Shown one piece after another: positions 6,895-14,515 of a stretch of 14,515 nt of DNA. The notes below the pieces were generated by a model that saw only the letters and a list, made by a program, of their open reading frames with translations, did not search any database and was not told where the DNA came from. Origin of the DNA: Candidatus Micrarchaeota archaeon (lineage in GTDB: Archaea > Micrarchaeota > Micrarchaeia > Norongarragalinales > UBA8480); the NCBI GenBank assembly GCA_043805855.1, contig JAZDHP010000020.1, forward strand, positions 1 to 14,515, read 5' to 3'. How positions within the stretch are numbered: position 1 is the first letter of the stretch; each line of letters begins with the position of its first letter. The translations under genes and the position numbers were made by a program.

Positions 6895-9675
6895 ATGTTA
6901 ACTAAAGATGGTTTAAAGAAGCATTTCGGGGAAAATTACAACGAGTTTTACTCAGTTCCACTTTTTGAAAACGAGGGTTTCGAGAGAAAAGTTTGTCCAA
7001 AGTGCGGTAAAGGTTACTGGACTGCAAGCGATGCACCGACTTGCGGCGATTCGTCACACGAAGAGTATTCCTTTTTCCGAGAAAACCCGCGAACTGAAAG
7101 GTACGTTTCATTCTGGGAGAAAACCGCTGACTTCTGGAAACGCAACGGCCACGAGGTTATTGATCGTTATCCTGTTTTATCGCGTTGGCGTGATGATTTA
7201 CCATTTACAATTGCGAGTATAGTTGACTTCCAGCGGCTAGAAGCTGGTAAAGTTGTTTTTGAATATCCGGCTAATCCGTTGTTCGTGCCGCAAATGTGCC
7301 TTCGCTTTCCTGACATTGCAAACGTCGGCGTTACTGGGCGTCACTTTTCTTGTTTCATGATGGCGGGGCAACACTCGTTTAATTACCCGAAGGAAGGTTA
7401 CTGGAAAGCCGAATGTCTTGATTACAATTACAAATACTTGCGCGAAGTTCTAGGAATTCCAAAGGGTGAAATCACTTACGGTGAAGACGTGTGGAACATG
7501 CCAGACTTCTCTGCGTTTGGGCCGTGCATTGAATCATTTGCCCATGGCTCAGAATTAGTGAACAGCGTTTTCATGCAGTACCGCCAAAACGGCGATAGCT
7601 TTTCAGAATTAGAAATGAAAGTCATCGACGTCGGCTGGGGTTTCGAGAGATTATTGTGGTACAACAACGGCTCTCAATCAGCCTATGATGCAGTTTTTCC
7701 AAACGAAGTTGAATACATGAAGCAGCGAACTTCGTTTGAGATAAGCCCAGAAATTATGAACGCCTACGCTGCGCTTTCTGCAACGCTTGACGTTGACACA
7801 GTTGTAAATTTCGCAGAAGAGAAGCGCAAAATCGCCAGGCAGTTAGGGTTAACTATTGAAGAAATGGAAAAAACCATTGCACCGCTACAGGGAATTTACG
7901 CAATTGCAGACCACTCGCGTTCACTTTTATTCGCGCTTAGCGACGGCGCACTGCCTTCCAATGTTGGCGGCGGTTACAATTTACGCGTATTAGCCCGCAG
8001 GGCGTTTTCATTTATTGACAAGTATGGGTTTGACTTTTCGCTGTTTGACCTCGTTGCAATGCACGCTGAAGATTTACGCGGTGTTTTTCCAGAGTTAAGT
8101 GAAAACCTCGATACTGTTGAGAAAATCCTCGGTGCCGAGAAGCGTAAGTACATGGAGTCACGTGAAAAAGCCAAGAAAATTGCAAGCGACGTAGTGAAAA
8201 AATCAAGTGAAATTTCAACAAAGCAAATGATGACGTTATACGAGAGCAATGGAATTAACCCTGAAACTCTCGAAGCAGCTGGCCGCGAGCTCGGTGTTAG
8301 CGTAAACGTGCCAACGAATTTCTACGCTGAACTCACAAAGCAAAGGGAAATGCAGAAAACCACATGCGACGAAGATGAATCAGCAATTGTTGGAAGAAAA
8401 ACGCTGCTTCCTGATTTAGACACGAGTGCGTTGCCTACAACAAAGCAACTTTACTATGGTGATTTCAATCTCGTCACTGCTTCGGCAACGTTGTTAGGCT
8501 GGCACAAGAACGCGTTAATTTTTGACCAGTCGATTTTCTATCCTGAAGGCGGGGGGCAAATGAACGACACGGGCAAAGCGAAAATTGGCGAGTGCACTTT
8601 TGATATTGTAAATGTGCAAAAACAAGGCAAAGTTATACTGCATTTTGTTGCAAAAGGGCAAGAAAGTAAATGCAGTGAAATTACTCGCGGGGCAAAAGCG
8701 TTAATGGAATTAAATTTTAGCCGCCGTCGTGCAATTATGAAACACCACTCTGCAACGCACTTGTTAAATGGAATATGTCGCGAATATTTTGGCAAACACG
8801 TGTGGCAGTGCGGTAGCAAGAAAGACGAAGACGAGGCACATTTAGATTTAACGCACTTTGAGAAGCCAACGTTGGAAGATGTGCACGAGATTGAACGTCG
8901 TGTCAACGAAGCAATTAGCAGGAATATAACAATTCAGTTTAAACATTTGAACCGCAAAGAAGCAGAAGCGGAATATGGAATGCAATTGTATCAGGGTGGC
9001 GGCGCAGTTGCAGATATGTTGAGGGTAATTGATATTACGGGATTGGATACGGAAGCGTGTGGTGGAACGCACTGTCATAACACTGGTGAAATTGAATTTT
9101 TCAAAATAAAAAACGTCGAACAAGTACAAGATGGCGTAATTCGGTTTACCTATTGCGCTTCGCTCGCTGCGTTGAAATACGTGCAAGAAATTGAAAACAT
9201 GTTGCAATTAACTGCGAATAACTTTTCCGCGTCGCGTTCAGAGCTCCCGCAGATAAGTAAGAAGTTTTTCAACGAGTGGAAAGAAAGAGGAAAGCAAGTG
9301 GAAAAACTTACTGAACAATTAGCTTTTCTGAGATCTGGAATAGATATAGAGAAATGGGAAAAATCCCAAACGGAATTTCTTAATGATTTAAGTGGGGCGG
9401 CTAACACAAAAAAGGTGGATGATGATTGGGTGTATGCTGAATCGAAAGAAGATCCAACTGATAATATGATTATCCAAATGGCAGATAATTTTAAGCGTAA
9501 CGGAGTGCCCGCGGTTGTAACTAATCTAAATACTGGCTCAGTTGTGATTGTTGATAATCTTGAAAGAGGGCATGCTTTGGAAAAGCTTAAGGAAATGGGC
9601 GCAAAAGGCGGAGGTTCGTCTACTTTTGCAAGGGGTAAAAAATTCGCTGGAGCGGGCGGAAATGTTGTTATTTAG
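6895..9675 (+). CDS. alaS: Alanine--tRNA ligase, archaeal type
   Basis: N-terminal CPKC..CGD, RWRDDLPFTIASIVDFQ, NVGVTGRH, IDVGWGFERL, ADHSR..DGALPSNVGGGYNLR, FYPEGGGQ, editing site HSATH and CGGTH, C-terminal KGGG..FARG. ATG 6895 is preferred over TTG 6889. Confidence 0.98.
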   Translation: MLTKDGLKKHFGENYNEFYSVPLFENEGFERKVCPKCGKGYWTASDAPTCGDSSHEEYSFFRENPRTERYVSFWEKTADFWKRNGHEVIDRYPVLSRWRDDLPFTIASIVDFQRLEAGKVVFEYPANPLFVPQMCLRFPDIANVGVTGRHFSCFMMAGQHSFNYPKEGYWKAECLDYNYKYLREVLGIPKGEITYGEDVWNMPDFSAFGPCIESFAHGSELVNSVFMQYRQNGDSFSELEMKVIDVGWGFERLLWYNNGSQSAYDAVFPNEVEYMKQRTSFEISPEIMNAYAALSATLDVDTVVNFAEEKRKIARQLGLTIEEMEKTIAPLQGIYAIADHSRSLLFALSDGALPSNVGGGYNLRVLARRAFSFIDKYGFDFSLFDLVAMHAEDLRGVFPELSENLDTVEKILGAEKRKYMESREKAKKIASDVVKKSSEISTKQMMTLYESNGINPETLEAAGRELGVSVNVPTNFYAELTKQREMQKTTCDEDESAIVGRKTLLPDLDTSALPTTKQLYYGDFNLVTASATLLGWHKNALIFDQSIFYPEGGGQMNDTGKAKIGECTFDIVNVQKQGKVILHFVAKGQESKCSEITRGAKALMELNFSRRRAIMKHHSATHLLNGICREYFGKHVWQCGSKKDEDEAHLDLTHFEKPTLEDVHEIERRVNEAISRNITIQFKHLNRKEAEAEYGMQLYQGGGAVADMLRVIDITGLDTEACGGTHCHNTGEIEFFKIKNVEQVQDGVIRFTYCASLAALKYVQEIENMLQLTANNFSASRSELPQISKKFFNEWKERGKQVEKLTEQLAFLRSGIDIEKWEKSQTEFLNDLSGAANTKKVDDDWVYAESKEDPTDNMIIQMADNFKRNGVPAVVTNLNTGSVVIVDNLERGHALEKLKEMGAKGGGSSTFARGKKFAGAGGNVVI

Positions 9676-10165
9676 CGATTTCTACAATTTTAGCTCCAAT
9701 TTTTTCAAACGCTTTTTTTAAATGTTTACTCTCAACGCGAATTGAGACAGTCGTAAGCCCTGCGTTGAACTCATTAAATTCATTTTCAAAAACACTTTCG
9801 TCAACGTAAATTTGTAAATCGGTTTTGTGCCCAAGAGGCGGAACGCCTCCAACTTCACATCCAGTAACTTGTAAAACTTCGTCTGGAGGTGCAAGAGTAA
9901 GCGATTTCACGCCAATAATTTCAGCTAGTTTCTTCAAGTCTACCTTTTTATCAGCGGACACGTCGGCAACGTAATACGTGATACCGCCTGTGCTTTTCGT
10001 TTCTCGTGGCTTTACCACAATTGCCTTTATCCCTTCGCATAGCGGATTCTTCCGCACTCTAGCTGCGTCTTCACTAGTTCGCACTGGCTCGTGTTCAAGC
10101 ACTTGAAACTCTGCATCAACGCTTTGCAAAATTTGTTGTATTTTTTTAACTTCGTTATCGCTCAT
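9668..10165 (-). CDS. YbaK/ProXp (INS superfamily) aminoacyl-tRNA deacylase
   Basis: HEPVRTSEDAA, conserved Lys in GIKAIVVK, KVDLKKL, TGCEVGGVPPLGH and FNAG. Overlaps the alaS 3' end convergently by 8 nt. Confidence 0.92.
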   Translation of the reverse strand: MSDNEVKKIQQILQSVDAEFQVLEHEPVRTSEDAARVRKNPLCEGIKAIVVKPRETKSTGGITYYVADVSADKKVDLKKLAEIIGVKSLTLAPPDEVLQVTGCEVGGVPPLGHKTDLQIYVDESVFENEFNEFNAGLTTVSIRVESKHLKKAFEKIGAKIVEIAK

Positions 10166-10248
10166 TTTTTCGTCACTTTTTTTGTATTTGTATGTTGATT
10201 TCTAGAAGAGCGTCGGGTATTAAATTTTTCTCCCGCTTAATTTTTATT

Positions 10249-10788
10249 ATGGAAAACCAAATCAGTAAAATGGAAAAGCAGGCGAACCGGCAGAAGATAA
10301 TGGAAGGCGTACTTTGTGTTGTTACCTGCGGCAGCGAGATTTTGTTAATTAAACGTGCCAAACCACCATATGTTGGGCTATATTCACTTCCCGGCGGAAA
10401 GATAGAATTTGCCGAACACCCTTCAAAAGCAGCGCTTCGTGAAGTCAAAGAAGAAACTGGGCTGGATTGCAAGTTTGAAAAACTATTGGGTGTTTTGTCT
10501 GAAGTTTTAACTAATGAGAAAAATGAAAAGAAGCACTTTTTGATGTACGTTTGCGAGTTGACAGCGCTTTCGCGGAATTTCGTTCAATGTGATGAAGGGG
10601 AACTTCGTTGGGTGAAGGAAAGTGAATGGCAAGCGTTTAAACCGCACGTTATTCAAAGCGACTGGCAAATCGTGAAAGAATTGCTGTTTGAAAAGCACTC
10701 TAAATCTGAACTACGCGAAGTTGAAATGCACGTGAAGCAGAAAAATGGAAAAGAAGAGTATGCAATGAAAGAATACAAGGCGGCTTAA
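10249..10788 (+). CDS. Nudix hydrolase (MutT-like)
   Basis: Nudix box GGKIEFAEHPSKAALREVKEETG and a downstream DEGELRW. Start placed at ATG 10249, about 25 nt after TATTAAAT (10218-10225); ATG 10270 is an alternative. Confidence 0.92.
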   Translation: MENQISKMEKQANRQKIMEGVLCVVTCGSEILLIKRAKPPYVGLYSLPGGKIEFAEHPSKAALREVKEETGLDCKFEKLLGVLSEVLTNEKNEKKHFLMYVCELTALSRNFVQCDEGELRWVKESEWQAFKPHVIQSDWQIVKELLFEKHSKSELREVEMHVKQKNGKEEYAMKEYKAA

Positions 10789-10794
10789 ATTTAC

Positions 10795-11205
10795 ATGGCG
10801 TTTTCTGAAATTCTATCTGGAAATTCAACAAAGAGTCAATTCGCGCGTTTTGTTTTAGTTGGCGGTTTCACTACTCTGCTGAACTATGTTATATTCGTCG
10901 GTTTATTTTTTCTTGGGGTTAACTATGTAGCCGCTTCTGGAACTGGCTATTTGCTCGGCCTTGCGGTTGGCTTTGTTTTATTCAAGAAGTACACTTTCCA
11001 ATCTAAGGGAAAATGGAAGGATGAAGCCTTGAAACAACTTGTAGTTTACTTATTTTCGCTTGGGCTGAACTTAGCAACGCTTTATAGCTTAGTGCACTTT
11101 GCTAGCGTTTATCCCTTGTTTGCAAATATAATTGCAATTGGAGTTTCAACGGTTACTAATTTTCTCGGAATGAGGTTTTTTGTTTTTAAGAAAATGGAAG
11201 TTTAG
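10795..11205 (+). CDS. GtrA family polyprenyl-phosphate-sugar translocase-like membrane protein
   Basis: QFARFVLVGGFTTLLNY, four hydrophobic helices, KKYTF, and C-terminal NFLGMRFFVFK. Confidence 0.92.
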   Translation: MAFSEILSGNSTKSQFARFVLVGGFTTLLNYVIFVGLFFLGVNYVAASGTGYLLGLAVGFVLFKKYTFQSKGKWKDEALKQLVVYLFSLGLNLATLYSLVHFASVYPLFANIIAIGVSTVTNFLGMRFFVFKKMEV

Positions 11206-12490
11206 ATATTAATTTTTCATGTTTTTCTGGGTTGAGCCAAAGGTAAGCTAGGAGCGCTAATGCAATTATGCTTATCGCCCAGAACGCGTAGTCGTACCAT
11301 GGACGTTCCCAGTAAATTTTGTAAGTTCCCGGCGTTTCTGCGTAGAATGCGCTTAGTCCTCCGCCTGCTTCGTAGAGTGGTTTGCCGTTTACTCTGAAGT
11401 GCGGGTACCACATTTGGCTAACAAAAACCCAGCCGGGAGAATCAACTACGATTTCCAACTCTCCTGTTTGGGATTTGCTCCACGTTAACTCTTTGCCAGC
11501 TGGTGTTGAAGCAAAAAGAGCAGGAAGCTCTTCGATTGTTATTGATTGCGGCGTATTTTTGTTTGAGGTTAAAACATAATCTGTAAGTTGTTCGTTTTCT
11601 CTTGGTAGTAACACGCCTATTTTATTGGGAGAATACTATTCTTGTTTTATAATGTCTTCGAATACCTTTTCTGCCATAATGGTGTTTTTCTGTGGAATGA
11701 GTATAGCTTTACTTGGTTGAAAAACTTTACTAGCTTTAGAAGATATGCTCTGTATTACATTATTAGTATTAAAGGCAAGTCTCAGCTCAGTTGAAATATC
11801 TAACAGATATTTTTTATTTTTTTCTTCTGGGTCAAACGTTAAAGTGTACAAATAATATGTAAATGAATTGTATTCTGGGTTTACCGTTTCTTGTGAAAAT
11901 TGAATAAAGTCGCTTTTGGAGTAGTGTGACCAAACGTAACCAAGGTATGGTGTTGAAGTTAATGCACGGTGTTCAGTGTTTAGTAAACTGTAAATATTTT
12001 TAATATAGGAATTAGTGAAGCCACTGTTTTGAATTGAAGTTAAACCTGGAGACAAGTCGATAATTAAAATAGTTAATACTGCTAATAGCGCGACATTTTT
12101 TGCTATTTGTTTTAAATTTGTTGTTCTTATTTTGTCGCTAACTATTTCTAAGATTTTTTCAACGCCAAGCGCAGCTAGTATTGATAGTAAAAAGCTAATT
12201 AGAAATAGTGGACGGGAGTAGTGCATTGCTTGTAAAACAGGAGGAAGAAGGTTAGATGCAACTAAAACAATGTAGAAAAATAATGTTGCGATTAGTAATG
12301 GTAAGCATAGTTTGTTTTTGCTCAGTATGCCGATTAGGCCAAGTGCGAGTATACTTATACCTAGATAGCCATAAACCAAGATTACGGCGGCAAAGTTAAA
12401 TTGGTTTCCAAAGCTTCGTGTAATGAACGCTTGTGGAACTGGCGCGCCGTTGCCGAACAATTCGCTTGAGCTTGCCCGTAAATAAGAGGG
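11186..12490 (-). pseudogene. 5'-truncated multi-pass membrane protein, probably GT-C-like (YfhO / PTPS-related type), with one internal in-frame TAG
   Basis: Track ORFs 11636-12460 and 11186-11614 are in the same frame and separated only by TAG 11638-11636 (..KQE*YSPNKIGVLLP..). The frame continues upstream (PSYLRASSELFG) to the junction with no ATG. It encodes TM helices with YSRP and LAALG, then a C-terminal SQMWYPHFRVNG domain and a final TM helix, as in YfhO-like proteins. The family call is from motif recall only. Confidence 0.7.
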
Positions 12491-13019
12491 GGTATTTGCG
12501 ATTTACTTTGACTGGATTCGCCGTGGTAAAAACGTTCCAATAATTGGAAGTGGAAAAAACAAATATCAGTTACTAGATGTTGAAGATTTGTGCGAAGCGA
12601 TTTACCTCTGTACTACTATGCCAGCGCAAGCTGCTAATGACACTTTTAATGTCGGTGCTGAAGAGTACGCGACGATGAAGGAAGATTTTGAAAGCGTGCT
12701 GGAATATGCTGGCCATGGAAAGAAAATAATTGCAACTCCGGCAAAACCGCTAGTTTGGCTTTTACGCGCGTTGGAATTCTTTAAGTTATCTCCGTTGTAC
12801 AAGTGGGTTTACGAAACTGCGCCAATGGACTCTTTTGTTTCAATTGAAAAAGCAAAGAAAAAACTAGGCTGGAAGCCAAAATATTCAAACAAACAAGCAC
12901 TTATTCGAACGTACCAGTGGTACTTTGACCATTATAAGGAATATGAAAACAAGCAAGGCATAACACACCGCGTGCCATGGAAACAAGGTATACTTAGCTT
13001 CATAAGTTACTTTTTCTAA
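12489..13019 (+). pseudogene. C-terminal half of an NAD-dependent epimerase/dehydratase (extended SDR)
   Basis: The frame is open from just after TAA 12483-12485 and reads GVFAIYFDWIRRGKNVPIIGSGKNKYQLLDVEDLCEAI..FNVGA..SIEKAKKKLGWKPKYS. The GxxGxxG and YxxxK motifs are absent. Confidence 0.85.
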
Positions 13020-13198
13020 CGGATTATATGCTTGTTGCCCAACCCGTAGTTTTATCTGTAGGTTGTTTCTAATATATTTGTAAAAAATAGATTTGCTTGT
13101 TATACGTATAAGTGATTTTTAGACTTTCTTTTAAAGTTTACTGAAACGACTCTACGAACATAATAAGTAAACTTCAAAAAAGAGAGTGTTATGTAAAA

Positions 13199-14386
13199 AT
13201 GAAGCGTTTAAATGCGACAATCCAAAAGACATTAGCCGAGCTTGGCTTTTCTGACTTAACTGAAGTGCAGAGTGCTGCGCTTACTCCCGCCTTGGAAGGA
13301 AAAGATTTAATTGTACAAGCTTACACTGGCACGGGTAAGACGCTTGCTTTTCTTTTACCTGCACTGACTCAAGTTTCGGGGGATTTGCACCCGCAGATTT
13401 TAGTGTTGGAACCAACTCGCGAGCTTGCAGTTCAAGTTAGCAACGACGCGTTTAAGTTGTGCAAGGCACTGTGCATTAGGGGTGCGTTGATTTACGGTGG
13501 AGCGGGTATGGAGCCGCAAATAAAACAATTGCGCAACGGTGCACAATTAGTTATTGGCACGCCTGGTAGAATTTTAGATTTGATTGACCGTAGGGTATTG
13601 AACTTGTCAAAAGTTAAAACGCTTATTCTCGACGAAGCGGACGTTATGCTTGACATGGGATTTCAGCGAGATGTAACTAACATTATTTCATTTACACCTA
13701 AAACGCGCCAGACGATGTTGTTCTGCGTTGACCTGCCGAGTGAAATAACGCATTTAGCTCAGAAACACATGCGTAATCCAGTGCATATTAATTTGTTGAA
13801 AGAAGAGAAGACAAAGCACAGCGTTACCCAGTGGCTTTATGAAATTGACCCACGCAAGCGCATGAAGTTTTTAATTTACTTACTTAGAGAACTAAAGCCA
13901 ACGCGTTCGATTATATTCTGTCGCACTAAATTTTCAACTCGAAAGTTAGCCTACCAGCTTCAAAACGAGGGTTTCAACTGCCAAGAGTTGCACGGCAATT
14001 TGTCGCAACACCGTCGCGAGGAAATAATGGGCGCGTTTAAAGCCGGCGAACTTGACTTGCTAATTGCAACTGACGTAGCTGCTCGCGGTATCCACGTTAA
14101 TAAAATTTCCCACGTGTTTAACTACGAGTTGCCTGCAGATGTGAAATACTATTTACATAGAATTGGCCGCACGGGTAGAATGGATGCAATTGGCGACGCT
14201 ATTTCTCTAGTTGCACCGCAAGACCGTCAAGTACTGCGCGATATCGAGCGGTTAATTGGCAAGGATATTGAGAGAAAGCCAACGCCTGACCAGTTTAAGT
14301 TCAACGCAGCTGCAGACGCGCTAAATCAAAAGCCACACGGCTTCCGCCGCTTTTCGTTCGGACCAAAAAGAAGGATGTTCGGTTGA
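13199..14386 (+). CDS. DEAD-box RNA helicase (minimal core, atypical motif III)
   Basis: Q motif GF...TEVQ, AYTGTGKT, PTRELA, GG, TPGR, DEAD, IIFCRT, TDVAARGIH and HRIGRTGR. Motif III reads LFCVD instead of LFSAT. Confidence 0.97.
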   Translation: MKRLNATIQKTLAELGFSDLTEVQSAALTPALEGKDLIVQAYTGTGKTLAFLLPALTQVSGDLHPQILVLEPTRELAVQVSNDAFKLCKALCIRGALIYGGAGMEPQIKQLRNGAQLVIGTPGRILDLIDRRVLNLSKVKTLILDEADVMLDMGFQRDVTNIISFTPKTRQTMLFCVDLPSEITHLAQKHMRNPVHINLLKEEKTKHSVTQWLYEIDPRKRMKFLIYLLRELKPTRSIIFCRTKFSTRKLAYQLQNEGFNCQELHGNLSQHRREEIMGAFKAGELDLLIATDVAARGIHVNKISHVFNYELPADVKYYLHRIGRTGRMDAIGDAISLVAPQDRQVLRDIERLIGKDIERKPTPDQFKFNAAADALNQKPHGFRRFSFGPKRRMFG

Positions 14387-14410
14387 AATTAACTAATTAA
14401 AAAAGAGAAG

Positions 14411-14515
14411 TGCCGCGGGGGAGAAGTATCCAACTTTTTCTTTTTCCAAGGTTTTTCTTTTCTAAAGAAAAAGCTTTTGAACACCCGACCTCTAGATGGC
14501 TCGAGCAAACCTTGA
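14411..14515 (-). tRNA. 3' part of an intron-containing tRNA gene (isotype not visible; 5' exon beyond the window end)
   Basis: On the minus strand, exon 14497-14477 is A38-TCTAG-AGGTC-GGGTG-TTCAA. A 51-nt intron follows (14476-14426), then exon 14425-14411, TT-CTCCC-CCGCGGC-A. The BHB-like junction is GUUC/GGAU with bulges AAA and ACU. A T-rich tract follows. No CCA is encoded. Confidence 0.85.

Noticed and set aside
10214..10235. CGGG...CCCG inverted repeat around the Nudix TATA box
   Set aside because: Only 4-bp arms, which is expected by chance.
11636..11638. Pyrrolysine or genome-wide TAG recoding
   Set aside because: Four other genes here end at TAG at plausible C-termini, the affected gene is already truncated, and no pyl genes are in the window.
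12588..12590. TTG 12588 and TTG 12460 as real start codons of intact small genes
   Set aside because: Both frames continue with protein-like sequence up to the junction near 12490, and the epimerase lacks its Rossmann and catalytic motifs.
13020..13198. 179-nt AT-rich region before the helicase as an ncRNA or thermosensor
   Set aside because: No convincing stable stem was found by eye; it is consistent with a terminator plus promoter.

Overview
AT-rich archaeal chromosomal segment, probably from a DPANN lineage such as Micrarchaeota or Diapherotrites. That assignment is inferred from the archaeal-type AlaRS, GGTGA-type ribosome-binding sites, TATA boxes about 25 nt before start codons and a BHB tRNA intron. 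Genes in order: phosphomannomutase (5' end outside the window), geranylgeranyl-reductase-family flavoprotein, cis-prenyltransferase (uppS), DUF192, a stand-alone CpaF/TadA-type ATPase, two orphan ORFs, an RNase P RNA gene (5174-5531) missed by the ORF track, a small secreted protein, a vapBC-type toxin-antitoxin pair with a perfect 20-bp palindromic operator, alaS, a YbaK/ProXp deacylase, a Nudix hydrolase, GtrA, two broken genes, a DEAD-box helicase and the 3' part of a tRNA gene. The broken genes are a multi-pass membrane protein and an SDR epimerase, both 5'-truncated and joined head-to-head at about 12488-12492. The most notable observations are: (1) a type-M-like RNase P RNA with two extra GUAA-capped hairpins flanking the P5/P7 junction; (2) a tRNA with a BHB intron at the non-canonical T-loop position 58/59 plus an apparent 37/38 intron; (3) a DEAD-box helicase whose SAT motif is replaced by CVD; (4) a rearrangement breakpoint that inactivates a putative glycosylation cassette. 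No clearly new multi-gene system is demonstrable from sequence alone.
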